Shown here: positions 38,818 through 52,535 of the stretch, in pieces
How positions within the stretch are numbered: position 1 is the first letter of the stretch
Layout: each line of letters opens with the position of its first letter
NCBI GenBank assembly: GCA_024137785.1
Contig: JAHRHZ010000111.1
Span: forward strand, 4,855,380-4,919,379
Direction: 5' to 3'
DNA: 64,000 nucleotides
Origin: Ginglymostoma cirratum
Lineage: Eukaryota
Notes under the pieces: generated by a model
The model's database searches: none
What the model saw: only the letters and a program-made list of their open reading frames with translations
Told to the model about the DNA's origin: nothing
Position numbers and translations under genes: made by a program

Positions 38818-39153
38818 AAGATGGTGTTGCGATGGTTATGTCACTGGACCAGTAATCTAGAACCCCAGGCTAATCGTTTGGAGTCCTGGGTTCAAATCCA
38901 ACCATGAAATGGTAAAATTTGAATCCAATTAAAATATCGAATTTAAAAAAAAGAGTTGACCTAATGGTGCCAATGTAGGCACTGTTGATTGTTGTTAAAA
39001 TAAACACATCTGGTCCATTAATAGCCTTCAGGGAAGGAAATCTACAATCATTACCTGGTCTGGCCTATATATGACTCCAGACCAAGAGCAATGTAACTAT
39101 TTTCTGTCTGATGGGTGATACATGTTTTCTGAATTAGTGTCACCCACATCATA
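38818..39153 (+). mobile_element. tRNA-SINE family 2
   Basis: B box gggttcaaatcc; cagggaaggaaatc...cctggtctggcctatatatgactccagac. Confidence 0.8.
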
Positions 39154-39450
39154 AATCATAGAATCCCCACAGAGTGGAAGCAGGCCATTTGGCCCATTGG
39201 GTCCAAATCAACCCTCTGAAGAGCATCCCACCCAGATCAACCCCCCTACCCTATCCCTGTAACCCTGTATTTCCTATGGCTAATCCACCTACCCTGCACA
39301 TCTTTGGACTATGGGAGGGAACCGGAGCACACAAAGGAAACTTACGCAGACATGGGGAGAACGTGAAAACTCCACACAGACAGTCACTCGAAAGTGGAAT
39401 TGACCCCTGTCCTTGTGCTATGAGGCAGCACTGAGCCACCATACTGCCCC
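39154..39450 (-). mobile_element. HE1-type SINE
   Basis: aatcatagaatccccacagagtggaagcaggcc tail; ggctaatccacctaccctgcacatc core. Confidence 0.88.
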
Positions 39451-39759
39451 ATGTTCCCCCAGTGATTTTTTATAATCATTGGTTATACCATTGCAGATAA
39501 CTCTCAGCAGGTTTAGAATCATTGCTTGGTGAGATGAGTGGATTTATTAACCCTTTGTCAGAAAAGAAGTTTGGAATATTTTAACTTTTGAATGTTATTT
39601 CAATCCCGCCCATTGAATTCCCACAGTCTAGACATTCTTTACGGGTTCTGAAAAAGTGCTGCTGTCTTTCAGACCCACAAATAAAGTTTATATCAACATA
39701 TCAGTCTGAATCTTAGATGACAGATATATAAATAAAGGTCATATGTAAGGAGAAACAGA

Positions 39760-40185
39760 AGAAGTTAAGTGGAGATTGAATGAGGTTGCTCAAAATTGCT
39801 CCTGCAGTTAAGTCCAATGCTGTTTCTACTTGGAAGTGTGGTCAGTAACCAGAAGACAAACCTTTAAATAACTGGTAAAAGACTCAGTATTTAGTGGGGT
39901 AGGGTGTGTGTGGTCAGGGTTAGTGGGGAGTAACGGGGACCCAAACTGATATGTTCATATGTACTTTCCTCTAGTTTGTGGCAAGATAAGAATTATTTTC
40001 ATCTAGCGATTTGTAATGCCTGCATGTCCTGAAAGAGTAGTAGAAACAGATTCAAAAGTAGCTTCTCAAAAGAAATTAAACTGACTTCAAAAGGAAACAT
40101 TTTCAGGCCTATGGGGGAACAAAAGGGGAGTGGGACTAATTGGTAACTTCCCAATGATCCAGCACTGGCATGATGTGTACTCACT
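39760..40185 (+). mobile_element. Old CR1 3' fragment
   Basis: agaagttaagtggagattgaatgaggttgctcaaaatt; ggggagtgggactaattgg tail region. Confidence 0.6.
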
Positions 40186-41027
40186 CATTGACTCCATTAG
40201 TTTTGGGCTGTTGTCTAGTGAAGGAACAATAGTTGCTAGGGTTCAACCAAGGTGGATGCAAAATGCTGTCTTGCTATTTTAGTAAGATGGTAGGGTTAAA
40301 ATCAGCCGAAACATGAAGGTACATCAGGAGCTGGTTGTTGCCCGTGCTGTTAAATACACAAGACTGTCTCCTACCAGATTGTCCTGTCCTTATCAATCAG
40401 CTCAGTAGCAATAATAACACTGTTTATGGCAATGTTTGTAAACAGAAAAGGAGCAATACGAGAATGGTTAATGTGACTGACAACATGTTACATGTCTAGA
40501 TGGTAAAGGGTAAAAGGAGGAAACTTACATATTGTTATTACTGGCTTCAATTAGGAGGGCCAAACGGCCTGGTTCTCTATTGTAACTTTAATGTAATTCT
40601 GTGTATGTTGTTCCTTGTGCCAGTTATCAATTTAACTCCATCAGTGTAATGTAGAGAATTTTGTAAACATGTACAATCAATCCTTATTAAAACCAAACAA
40701 GATGAGTGTTGTTATATAGCACTTCATATCATTGCAGCATGGGCTGTTTGAATGAACACATCAGTGTTCCCATCGGGGCCAAAAAAAATGCCTACAAGAA
40801 AAGAGTCCTTGTAGTAATAGGGGTTGGTAAAGAAAAGACTCCCAATGCAGCCCATCTCAAAATAAATCTGCTACTGTTTTACATTTCTGGTAATGTAGTT
40901 CCAATTTTGTACAAGCAGAAAGCTGGAGTTTTGATATTTCAATTCCAATATTTTTTTCTGTCTTTAACCCATCTCCACCCAATTACATTCCATCATTTCA
41001 TTTGCTGAAGCAAGCTTGTTTAAATGT

Positions 41028-42022
41028 TAGATAACTATTCACATTATGCATTAACAATCTGGAAGATGGAACTGAGGGTATTATTTCTGAGTTTGCAGAT
41101 CACACAAATATAAGTGGAGGGACAGATGGTGTTGAGGAAGGGAAAAGGCTGCATAAGGACTTTTACAAGGAAAGAGAGTGAGCAAAGAAGTAGTACATGG
41201 AATACAGCGAAGGAATTTGTGAGGTTATGCACTTTGGCTGGAAGAATAGAGTTGTGGACTATTTTCGAACAGGGAAAGGCTTTGGAAATCTGAAGCACAA
41301 AGGGACTTAGGAGCCCTAGTTCAGAATTCTCTTAAGGTTACCAACCTCTTAAGGTTCAGTTAGAAGGTAGGAAGGCAAATGCATCGTTAGCATTAATTGT
41401 GAGAGGGAAAATGCATCGTTAGCATTAATTGTGAGAGGGCTAGAGTGCAACAGCAAGGATGTACTGCTGAGGCTGTTTAAGGCTCTGTTCTGACCACATT
41501 TGGAACATTATAAGCAGTTTTGTGCTCTGTATCTAAGGAATGTTGGCATTGCAGGGGTTCCGGAGATTTACATTGATGATCTCGCGAATGAAGGGCTTGA
41601 GGAGCAGTTGATGGCTTTGTGTCTGCACTCAGTGAAGTTTAGAAGGATGAGAGGGAAATCATATTGAAATATAAAGAATAGTGAGAGACCTAGATGTAGC
41701 AGATGTGGAGAAGACGTTTCCACTTGTAAGAGTGACTACGACCTAGATTGAAGGCACAACCCTTTAGAACTGAAATGATGATGAATATCTTCAGTTAGAT
41801 GGTGGTGTATCTTTGGAACTCATTACTACAGAGGGATGTGGAAGCCAAATCACTGATTGTATTTAAGACAGAGATAGCTAGGTTCTCGATCAGTAAGGGG
41901 GTCCAAGGCCATGGGGAGAAGCCTGGAGAATGGAGGTAAGAAACATATCTGCCATGATCTAATGGTGGAGCAGGCTCTATGGGCCAAGTGGCCTAATTCT
42001 GCTCCTATATCTTATGGCCTTA
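41028..42022 (+). mobile_element. CR1 LINE 3' fragment
   Basis: tttgcagatcacaca (FADD-derived), tgtgaggttatgcactttgg, 3' tail ggcctaattctgctcctatatcttatgg. Confidence 0.9.
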
Positions 42023-42427
42023 ACTTATTATGGTGTCTCTCTCCCATGTGGAGGCACTAGAAAGTCTCCAATTATAGCAAGCTGTCTTCCTCTAACGTTT
42101 CTTCTCTTATAATTTTAATGTTTTGCCTTTATAAAGGGCATTGTGTGTACATTGGCACAAAAGAAAATCTTCAGCGCACTTGTTCATTAAAATGATTGGA
42201 CATACTCCTGGATGTTTTTGGCACATTACTATTGTGTGCCAAATGCTCCATTCAGTCAATTGCCTTTTTCTGCATTTCCAAACATTACGAGGAATTATAT
42301 AGCTTTTTGTAAGATACATGTCACACAAACAGGCCATTTATTGCATCATGGTGTTATGCTTCACTTCTGCTTCCTCCAATTTTGTCTCATCTAAATCTAC
42401 CATTGTGACTCTCTATTCCATTCTCTG

Positions 42428-44510
42428 TCATAGAGTCATAGAAGAATAGAGCAGGAGTCAGCCATTTGGGCCTTTGAGCCTGCTCCACCATTCAATATAA
42501 TCATGGCAGATCAATCGACTCTGTTCCCATTTTGTCCCCATACCCTTTGATCACTTTGCACTCAGAAGCTCTCTCTAAATCATTTTTGAGAACATTGAAA
42601 GTTTTGGCCTCAACTGCTTTCGGTGGCAGAGAATTCAACAGGCTCACCATTCCCTTGGTTAAGAAATTTTTCAGTCCTAAAAGGCCTATCCCTTACCTAT
42701 AGACTGTGACACCTGGATCTGGACTTGTTAGTAATCAGGAACATCCTTCCTGCACCTACCCTAGTCCTGTTAGAATTTTATAGGTTTTGATAAGTTCCTC
42801 CCCACCTCCTCATTCTTCTATCTCCATTGAATATTTTCCTGATGGATCCATGTCCTCTTCATACATCAGCCCTACCATTCCAGGAATCAGTTTGGTAAAA
42901 CTTTGTTGCATTCCCTCCATAATGAGAATATTGAAACCCCACATCACCACCCCCACATTAGAAGACAAAAATGCACTCAGTACTCCAGGTGTGATTTCAT
43001 CAAGATCCTGTACAAATCCAGCAAGACATCCCTGGTCCTGTACTTCAATCCCCTTACAATGAAAACCAATATACCATTGGCCTTCTTCACTGCGTGCCAC
43101 ACCTGCATGCTTACTTTCAGTTATTGGTCTATAAGCACATTCAGGTCTCCTCTCATTGCACTTGTTCCTCCCCCAATTTAACATCATTCAAATAAGAATC
43201 TGCCTTCCTGTTTTTCCTACTAAACTAGACAACCTGACATTTAACAACATTACACTTCACCTGCCCACTCTCTCAATTGTCCAAATCACAGCACTGAAGT
43301 ATCTCTGTGTCCTCCTCATGGCTCACCCTCTGACCCAGCTTTGTTCCATCTGCAAACATGGAGATATATTTATTTCCTTCATCTTAATTATTAATTAGTA
43401 TTGCGAATAAGTTGGGTCCAAGCAGTGGTCCCTGTGGTATCCCACTAGTCGCTACCTGGCACTCAAGAAAAAAAACTTCTTCCTACTCTTTGTTTCCTGT
43501 CTGCCAAACAGTTCTCTACCCATACCCATGTTTGCACATGGACTGCAGCGGTTCAAGAGGGCAGCTCACCACCAACATCTCAAGGGCAACTAGGGATGGA
43601 CAATAAATGCTGGCCAGATAATAACAGCCATGTCTCACAAGAGAATAAAAAAAGTGCACAACCATCAATCCCAATTTAATTTTACATGCTAATGTGGGAC
43701 TTTTTATTAAAAGCCTTCTGAAAGTCCAAATAAATCACATCAACTGCCTTTCCATTATCAACTCTGCTCGTTACATCCTTGAAAAACTTCAGTGGATTTG
43801 TCAAGCGTGATTTCCTTTTCATAAATCCATGCCAAATCTGTCCAATCCAGTCATTATTTTATAAATGGTCTGTTATTAAATCTTTTATAATGGATTCTAG
43901 CATTCTCCTCCCTGTTGGTGTCAGGCCATCAGGTCTATAATTTCCTGTTTTCTTAAATAATAGAGGTATTTAGCAGTTGTCCAATCCATAGGAACTGTTC
44001 CAGAATCTATAGAATCTTGGAAGATGACCTCCCAATGTATCCATTTTGTAAAGTGATGCTTCCTTAAATTCTTTTGGATGTAAGTTTTCATGTCCTTGGG
44101 ATTTATCAGCCTTGAATCCCATCAATTTCCCAACACCATTTCCCTACTAATACTGATTTCCTTCAGTTGTTCCCTTACACTAGATGTTGTGTTCCCCAAC
44201 ATTTTTTGGATGCTATTTGTTTCCTGCTATGTGAAAACAGAGCCAAAGTATAGATTTAATTGGTCTGTCATCTCCTTGTTCACCATTACAGATTCCCTTA
44301 TTTCTGACAAGAAGGGGCTTACATTTGTCTTCGATAATCTTTTGCTCTTCATATACCTGTAGATGCATTTAGAATCTGTTTGTATGTTCATTGCAAGCTT
44401 ACTCTTGCACTCTATTTCCCCTCATAATCAATCTATTTGTCCTCCTTTGTTAAAATCTAAACTGCTCCCAATCCTCAGGTCTTTTCTTTTAGCCAATTTG
44501 TATGCTTCAT
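42428..44510 (-). mobile_element. CR1 LINE (RT to 3' UTR), with a 3'-end fragment of the other LINE family inserted at about 43535-43653 (+)
   Basis: Tail gtcatagagtcatag; MEGMQQSFTKLIPGMVGLMYEE; aaagccttctgaaagtccaaataaatcacatc reads DVIYLDFQKAF on the minus strand. Confidence 0.9.
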
Positions 44511-44544
44511 GTGTTTGAATTTTCCTCTTGAATGATTATGTACG

Positions 44545-45005
44545 ATTCACCTTTCTCCCTGTGATAGTGAGTTCAATATTCTCACCACTATCTCTGTAAA
44601 GAAGTTACTTCTGAATTCCCAATTGAAATTCTTGGTGGCTATCTCAAATTGATGCCCTCTGGTTATAGTCCTCCCAAAAGGGGTATGCTTTCTTTGTAAA
44701 CTTTTCCTTCAAAACCTTTTATTATTTTAAAGACTTGATTAGATCAGACTTTAGCTTTCATTTATTCATGACAAAAGTAACCAAGGTTCATAATCCCTTC
44801 CTGACCTTTATATCCAAAAAAATCAGTGTCATTCTAGTAAATCTTACCTGCACCCTTTCCCATGCCCCAACATCCTTTTTATAATATGTTGACTGGAACT
44901 ACTCCAAGTGTGCTTTGGCCAAAGGTCAATAGGCCTATGACCTGAATATGGTTTCTTTATTTCCAAATTCTACCCCTCGCGAAATAAGACCCCGTGCTTG
45001 CTTTA
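44545..45005 (-). mobile_element. Old CR1 fragment
   Basis: gagttcaatattctcaccact...gtaaagaagtt; attctagtaaatctt..ctgcaccctttcc. Confidence 0.6.
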
Positions 45006-45574
45006 TCTTTCTTATGTGGAGTCAGCACTGATGGGTTGAAATGTCGGTCATGACACAAAATCTCTTCAAAAACCAAATCTACAGAAGTTAAGAAAAATCT
45101 GACGGTTACAAGGACAGCCGAAAAAGATTGCGAATGAAGTGGGTTACAATGTTGGAGAGAATGTAAGAACATATCTGAAGTGTAATTGAATTGATTATCC
45201 ATTATGGCCTTTCTGCTTAACCAGATCCTACCAGTTTATTAAAAGTCAGCTTTCTACAAAATAAGTGCACACATAACTCCTTCAATCTTTTTTGAGATTC
45301 AAACTGCATTTTTTAATAGATCAGACAGCTCTTTAAATTCAGCTGTCTTTTGTTTGAAAGTTGTTTTAATAATGCATTTGATTTTTCATGGGTCTTTTAT
45401 ATTTATGTTCCAGTTTCAAAGCATCAGTGATTTTTATCATGACTTCCACATAATGGAACTATTATTTCAGGAGTTCATTTTTATTTATTTTTAACTGCAC
45501 TCATATCTTTTTCAGATCTTTGATACAGTTGACACATGTTATCTACAATTGTGCATCTCTTTACCAGCAACTTT

Positions 45575-45965
45575 CATTATATAGTTCCTTTGATATAGTC
45601 AAACTGAGCAACGTGTTTAACGGGAGCATTGGGCAAATAAAATTTGACCCAAAAGTACAAAAGACACTAGAACAAGTGACCAAGCATTTGGTCAAAACTG
45701 TAGACTTTTGAGAGCATCCTGAGGAAGGAGCTAGAGGTAGCAAGGCAGAGGGATCCAGAAAATTCTGGTTATTTGGGATCCTGGCAGTTGAAGGTCGATG
45801 ACCAGCAATAGTGCAATGGTGAAAATCAGGGATATGCAAGGAGCCAGAACTATAGGAGCTCACAATCTTGGAGGGTACGGGATTGGAGGTGGGCACTGAA
45901 ATGGGGAGGTGTGAAGCCATGGAGAGATCTGAAAACAAGGAGAACGATTTTAAAATTGCCTAAAC
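45575..45965 (-). mobile_element. L2-like LINE 3' fragment
   Basis: SSGSLHIPDFHHCTIAG resembles L2 'GLLxIP..R.TIGGRAFS'; gaccaagcatttggtcaaa. Confidence 0.7.
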
Positions 45966-46977
45966 CGGGATCTGATGTTAAATGTTCAACTCTGTTTAGA
46001 ATATCAAAAGCCAACTTTGTTATTACTAATGATTTTTTTTAGGTAGCCCCCTATCATAAAGGCACATTTTGCAATGCTAAATTAGCATTAGCGCTGAGGA
46101 TACATGACAGCATTATTCTGACCTGAAGCGTTTGCAGATGGTTGCTTTCAAACAATTTAATTTGAGGAGGTTGGACTGAATATCAGAGGTGAATATTTAG
46201 CTCAAATTTGCATTAGATACCTGAACTGTTTGTCAAGCAGTGTCAACTGCACTTTCACACAGCGTTTCGACTGGGATGATTAAAGTCCATTTTACTCCAA
46301 TTTGTTTAGCCAATCTTCAGATGATATGATTTTTGCATTTTCTTTGCTCCCTTTCTTGCCAGCTATCTCACCCTTCACACTAATGGAAGTGTCTTTGGGA
46401 ATAATTTATGATGGCTCAGTATCTACAGCTCTGACCTATGCACATTCCTCAAACATGATGCATGCTGTGTTTCCTGGAGTGGGATACATCAACAGTAAAA
46501 ACAGTATAGAAGACAAAGCAATATCTTCCAGGCTTTCTGCTTCTGTTTACTGGAACATTCACAAGTATGGACATAGGTGGTACTCAATGTTCGATTTATG
46601 CCTTCCCAAAGCAGCAAAACAGGCAAATGAAAAAATTTGGTCTAATCTATTTTGCCTGCTTCAAAATCCTGGACCAATCTGAACAGCACATCAATTTCCT
46701 ATTAGTGCTAGTGCTGCATTCCAACTCCCTCAAATTACATCAACATACCAGGGCCCTTTTTGATTTATAGCTGTCTTGGATTAAAACTTGGCATACTTGT
46801 AGAATATAGTGCCTGGAATTTAGATGCATAGATTATTATAGCACACAAAGAGTCCTTCTGCCCACAGTGTCATCCCAGTTAACAAGCACCTATCTCCTCT
46901 AATCTAATTTCCCAGCACTTAGTCCATTACATTGCATTTCAAGTTATCTGAATAAAACTTAAATACCACCATGGGAC

Positions 46978-47820
46978 TGTAAGACAATAAGACATAGATG
47001 CAGAATTAAGCCAATCGGCCCATTAAGTCTGCTCTGCCATTTGATCATGGTTAAAATGTTTCTCAACCCCATTTGCCTGCCTTTTCCCTGTAGCCCTTGA
47101 TCCCCTTACTAATCAAATAACTAGCTGTCTCTGTCTCAATGACACTCAATGACCTGGCCTCCACAGCCTTCTATGACAATAAATTACATAGATTCATTAC
47201 CCTCTGATTGAAGAAATTCCTCCCCATTTCAGTTCTAAATCGTCATACCATTTCTCTGAGGCTCTCCCCTCGGGTCCTACTCTTTTCGACCAATGGAAAC
47301 ATCTTCTCCTCATTCACTCTACCCAGCCCTCTCAGCATTCAGTAAGCTTCAATGAGATTCCCCCTCATCCTTCTGAACTCTATCGAGTACAGACCCAGAG
47401 ACCTCAACTGCTCTTCATATGAAAAGCCCTTCAATTCCGGATCATTCTGGTAAACCGACTTTGGACCCTCACCAAGGTCAGCACATCATTCCTTAGACAC
47501 AGACCCAAATCTGTTCATAATATTCCAAATGCAGTCTGACCAGACCCTTACATAGCCTCAGCAGTACATCCCTGCTGTTGCATTCTAGCCCTCTCAAAAT
47601 GGATGCCAACATTGCTTTTGGCTTTCTAACTGCCAACTGAAACTATGTGTTAACATTAAGAGAATCCTGAACTACGACTCCTAAGTTTTTTTGTGCTTCA
47701 GATTTCCAAAGCCTTTTCCCATTTTTAAAAATGTCCATGCCTCTAATCTTCCTACCCAAGTGCATAACCTCACATTTCCCCACAATGTATTCCATCTGCC
47801 ACTTCTTTGCCTACTCTCCT
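46978..47820 (-). mobile_element. CR1 LINE 3' fragment
   Basis: taagacaataagacatag tail; colinear with 27622-28450 and the reverse complement of 41200-42020. Confidence 0.9.
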
Positions 47821-48580
47821 TATTGACCCCTCTACTAAGGAGGAACCTTTATTCCTATCAATCCTACCTAAGCCCCTCAAAACTTTGCAAATCCCAAACA
47901 AGGAAGGTTTATTCTTATCAATCCTACTTATGTTCCTCATCATGTTGTATACACAAGAAGATCCCCCACAGCTTTGTCTGATCTAAGGAAAACAACTCTA
48001 GCCTACCTTCATAACTCAGGCAAATCCTGATGAACCTCCTCTGCGCCTGTCCAAAGCTAGCATATCCTTTATGTAGTGTTGCACACAGTAGTCCAGCTAT
48101 GGCTTAACCAACATCATTTACAATGCCATCAAAATCTACCAGCTCTTGTATTCTATGCCTCAACTAATAAAGACAAGTATGCCAAATGCCTTTTAACCTG
48201 TCTACCACCTGTTCTTTTGCCTTCAAGGGTCTATGGACAGGCACACCAGGCTCCCTAATCCTCTGTACTTGCTAGGGTCTTGTCAATCCTTCCTATGTAC
48301 TCCCTTGTCCTGCTGGTTTTCCCAAAGTGCATTCTTTCATTTTTTAGGATTAAATTCCATTTTTCACTGTTTGCCCATCTGACCAACCAGTCTGTAGTCA
48401 AAAGCTCTCTTCTACGCTATTTATTATGCCATCAATTTTAGTATCATCTGTAAACTTGCTGGTAAAAACCACCTCTATTTGTGTTTAGGTCATTAATGTA
48501 CACTCCAAGCAGCACAGGGCCAAGTTCCAAACCTTGCAATTTGCCACTTATGCAGGCTTCTAGTCACAAAAGCAACCTCA

Positions 48581-49191
48581 ACAAACACAAAAACAGAAAT
48601 TAATCAAGCCTGGCAGCATCTGTGGAGAGAGAGCAGAGTTAAAATTCTAGGTTACTTCTTCAGGACTGATTTGAAGCTCGAAAAAGGTGTTGAAAATGGA
48701 GGGGTGGAGTTGTTGGAGCAATAAACCAAAAGTGGAGATGGAGCCCAAAGCGAGACAACAGCAGCTGGACAGACAAGGGATGGAAAATGGTGGGCTGGGA
48801 AGAAAGAAAAGCTGATAATGGGTACAACAGTGGATGAAAATGGGTTGGCTGTGATGAAAGCAGTCCATGTGATGACAGGACCATAGTGTGGGGATGGGTA
48901 AAGGACATGGAACAGAGGTGTTCAGGCCCTAAAATTATTGAACACGATATTGAGTCCTGAAGACTGAAGCGTCCCTAGATGGTAATTGAAATGCTGTTCT
49001 TCCACCTCGTGCTGAGACTCTCTGGAGTATTGCAGCGGGCATGAGACTGAAATGTTGGCCCAGCAACGTGATGGTGTGCTGAAGTGGCAGGCAACTGGAA
49101 GCTCAGGGTAATTTTTGAGGACAAAATGTAGGTGCTCTGCAAAGTTGTCATTCAGTTTGCTGTTTGTTTCCCAGTTAGAGGAAACAACACT
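48581..49191 (-). mobile_element. Old Penelope 3' fragment (GIY-YIG C-terminal part plus terminal repeat)
   Basis: ctggcagcatctgtggagagagagcagagttaa repeat; gaagtggcaggcaactggaagc...aggtgctctgcaaag parallels 4440-4505. Confidence 0.82.
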
Positions 49192-49820
49192 AGCACACTC
49201 TTCTTTTTGCCATTAAGCCAGTTTTGGATCCTTACCTATATTCACCAGTCTCCCATATGACACCTTTTCAATAGCCTTACTAATGTCTATGTAGATCACA
49301 TCATCCGCATTGCCTTCATCCATGCACCCAGTTACATCTTCAAAGAACTCAATCAAGTTTGTCAAACATAATCTCACTTTGATAAGGCCATGCTGATTAT
49401 CCTTTATTAATCCTTGTTTTTCTGAGTGAAGACATATTCTTTCCCTCAGACTAACTAGCCTTTAATATTTTGTTTATCCCGATTACCTTTCTTGAATATA
49501 TGGCACTACATTAGATGTCTTCCAATCCTCTGGGACACCTTTGGCGGCCAGAGAGGATTTGAACGTTGTCAGAACCTTTGCAACTTCTTCTTTTGCCTCT
49601 CTCAGCAGCCCGGTGTGCATCTCAACTGAGCCTGGGTATTTGTCCAATTTTATGCCAGTCAATTCCTCTTTCCTCTACTAATTTGTTGAGTTTATCAAAG
49701 TTGCAGTCCCTGATTTCCATATCTACATTGTTCTTCTTGATAGTAAACGGAAACAAAGTAATCATTTGAAGTATCACTTAAGTTATCCAGCTCCACCCAC
49801 ACATTGCCACCTTGACCCCT

Positions 49821-50131
49821 AATCATAGAAAAATCATAGAATTCCTACAGAGCAGTTTGAGGCTATTCAGCCCATCATGTCTGCACCAACCCTCTGAAAA
49901 CCATCCAAACCATCCAAAACCATCCATTGCTCTCCCTGTAATCTTGTGTTGACCATACCTAACCCACCCAGACTGAACAATGCTGGACACTACAGGAAAT
50001 TTAGCATGGCTAATCTACCTAATCTTTGGACTGTGGTAGGACCACACAGACAGTTCCCCGAGGCTGGAATCAAACTCGTGTCCCTGGTGCTGTGAGGCAG
50101 CAGTGCCAACCACTGAACCACAGTGCCACCC
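49821..50131 (-). mobile_element. HE1-type SINE
   Basis: aatcatagaa tail repeats; gctgtgaggcagcagtgccaaccactg head. Confidence 0.85.
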
Positions 50132-50754
50132 CAATACAAAAACCTTTATTTCCAAAGCAATCTTAAGTCTTACTGAATCGTGGTCACTATCACTGAAATG
50201 CTCATCCATGGCCACATCTACCACTTGCCTAATAATGTTCTCTGAAATTAAATCCAACACCATCCTCTCTCATAGGAATTACTAAGTGCTGGTTTATAAA
50301 GCTAAGAATTCAACCCTCTCTAAGTTTTACACACATTGTGTACCCTGTGAAGTTGAAATCCCCTATTGATACCCTATTATTTTTACAATGCCAATATTTG
50401 CCTACTATTATCTTTCTACTGCACTACATTATCTGTCTGACTGTTTGAGGTCTATTGTACACCACCAATAACACAATTGCACCCTTTTCATTTTTACAGT
50501 CTAGTCATTCAATCTCAAATGAAGAACCTTCTAAGATATCCAGGTAGTTTTCCTTTAACGTGATAATTGCATTCTTGCCTGACCTCGTGCTGTGGAAAAT
50601 TGCCATAGAAGATCGCTATATCTATACAGCAGAAAGTTTGTGTTATTCAAACAGCGTCCTCTATTCATCAACGTGTTACAGCCAATTCGCATTAATGAAA
50701 CACGCTTTACAGCAGAACTCACTGTATGGAGCTGGCGAACTTGAGGCAATAAAT

Positions 50755-52535
50755 AGTGACATCTTGAAAAGAGTCCATATTACAGAAGGGGGGTACTGGA
50801 GATCTTAGTATGCCTAAAGGTAGATAAATCCCTGGGAACTGATCAGGTGTTACCCAGAACTTTATGGGAAGCTAGGGAAGAGATTGATGGGCTCTTGCAG
50901 AGACGTTTGTATCATCGACAGCCATGAGTGAAGTGCTGAAAGACTGGTGGTTGGCTAATGTGGTGCCATTATTTAAGAAAGGAAAAGTCAGGGAAGTATA
51001 GATTCAGGCTATTTTCCCTGGAGTGTCGGAGATTGCAGGGTGACGTTATAGAAGTTTATAAAATCATGAGGGGCACAGATAGGGTAAACAGATAAGGTCT
51101 TTTCCCCAGGATAGGGAAAGCTAGAGGGCATAGGTTTAAAGTGAGAGGTGAAAGATATAAAAGGGACCTAAGGTGTAAAGTTTTCATACAGAGGGTGGTG
51201 CATGTATGGAATGAGCTGCCATAGGAAGTGGTGGAGGCTGATACAATTACAACATTTAAAAGGTATCTGGATAGGTATTCCTTTTTACCTTTATGTATTC
51301 ATCGGATGAGGGCATTGCTAACCATGCAACATTTATTGCCCATCCCTAATTGCCCAGAGGGCAGTTAAGAGTCAACCACATTAATGTAGGTCTGGAGTCA
51401 CATGTAGGCCAGACCTGGTAAAGATGGTAGTTTCCTTCCCTAAAGGACATTAGTGAACCAGATGGGTTTTTCTTCCCCAACAATTGGCAATGGATTTATG
51501 GCTATCATTAGAACCTTAATTCCAGATATTCAAATTCCACCATCTGCCATGGCTGGATTTGAACCTGGGTCCCCGGAACATTATCTGGGTCTCCGAATTA
51601 ACAGTCCAGTGATAATTTCACTAGGCCATTGTCTCCCCATCAAGGAATGGTAAATGAATAGGAAGGATTTAGAGGGATATGGGCCAAATTCTGGCAAATG
51701 GGACTAGATTAATTTAGGATATCTGGTAGGCCAGGTCGAGTTGGACTGAAGGGTCTGTTTCCATGCTGTACAGCTCTATGACTCTCTGACTCTATGATTC
51801 AGTGAGCCTTACATCAATGGTAAATAACTTGTTGGAAGGGATTCTGAGGGATAGGATTTACATGCATTTGGAAAGGGAAGGATTGATTAGAGAGAGTTAA
51901 CATGGCTTTGTGCATGGGAAATCATGCCTTACTGACTTGATTGAGTTTCTTGAAGAGGGTGACAAAGAAGATTAATAAAGGCAAAGTGGTAGATGTTGTC
52001 TATGTGGACTTCAGCAAAGCATTTGCCAAGGCCCTGGATGGTCGACTGGTTATCATAGAGTCACTACAGTGTGGAAGCAGGCCATTCAGCCCATCGAGTC
52101 CAAACGATCCTCTAAAGAGAATTCCACCAGACCACAGATGCTAAGGGTTGACATTATAGAGGTTTATAAAATTATGAGGGACATGGATAGGGTGAATGTC
52201 CAAGTATTTTTCTGAAGTTGGGGGGGGGAGTCCAAAAGTACAGGGAATATCTATAAGTTGAGAGGGTAATGATTTAAAAGGGATTTGAGGGGCAACTTTT
52301 CCACATGTAGGGTGGTGCATGCATGGAATGAGCTGTCAGAGGAAGTGGTGAAGGCAGGTAGAATTAGAATTACAACATTTAAAATGTATCTGGATGGGTA
52401 TAAGAAAAGGAAGGGTTTAGAGGAAAATGAGCCAAATGCTAGCAAATGGGACTTGGTCAAATGAGATGTCCAGTCAATGCAGACAGGATGGGCCAAAGAT
52501 TCTGTTTTGGTGCTGTACAACTATATTACTCTGAA
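50755..52535 (+). mobile_element. Nested CR1 stack (CR1 A interrupted by CR1 B at 51008-51795, itself interrupted by a SINE)
   Basis: gctaatgtggtgccattatttaagaaagg (ANVVPLFKKG); VDVVYVDFSKAF; gattcag duplicated at 51001-51007 and 51796-51802. Confidence 0.88.
51278..51638 (-). mobile_element. tRNA-SINE family 2, near full length
   Basis: Reverse complement of 61828-62186. Confidence 0.88.

Larger units (their letters stand above)
47850..50530 (-). mobile_element. Older CR1 LINE interrupted by a Penelope and a SINE
   Basis: VLDLISENIIRQVVDVAMDEHFSDSDHDSVRLKI (APE C-terminus); colinear with 18525-21110. Confidence 0.82.
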
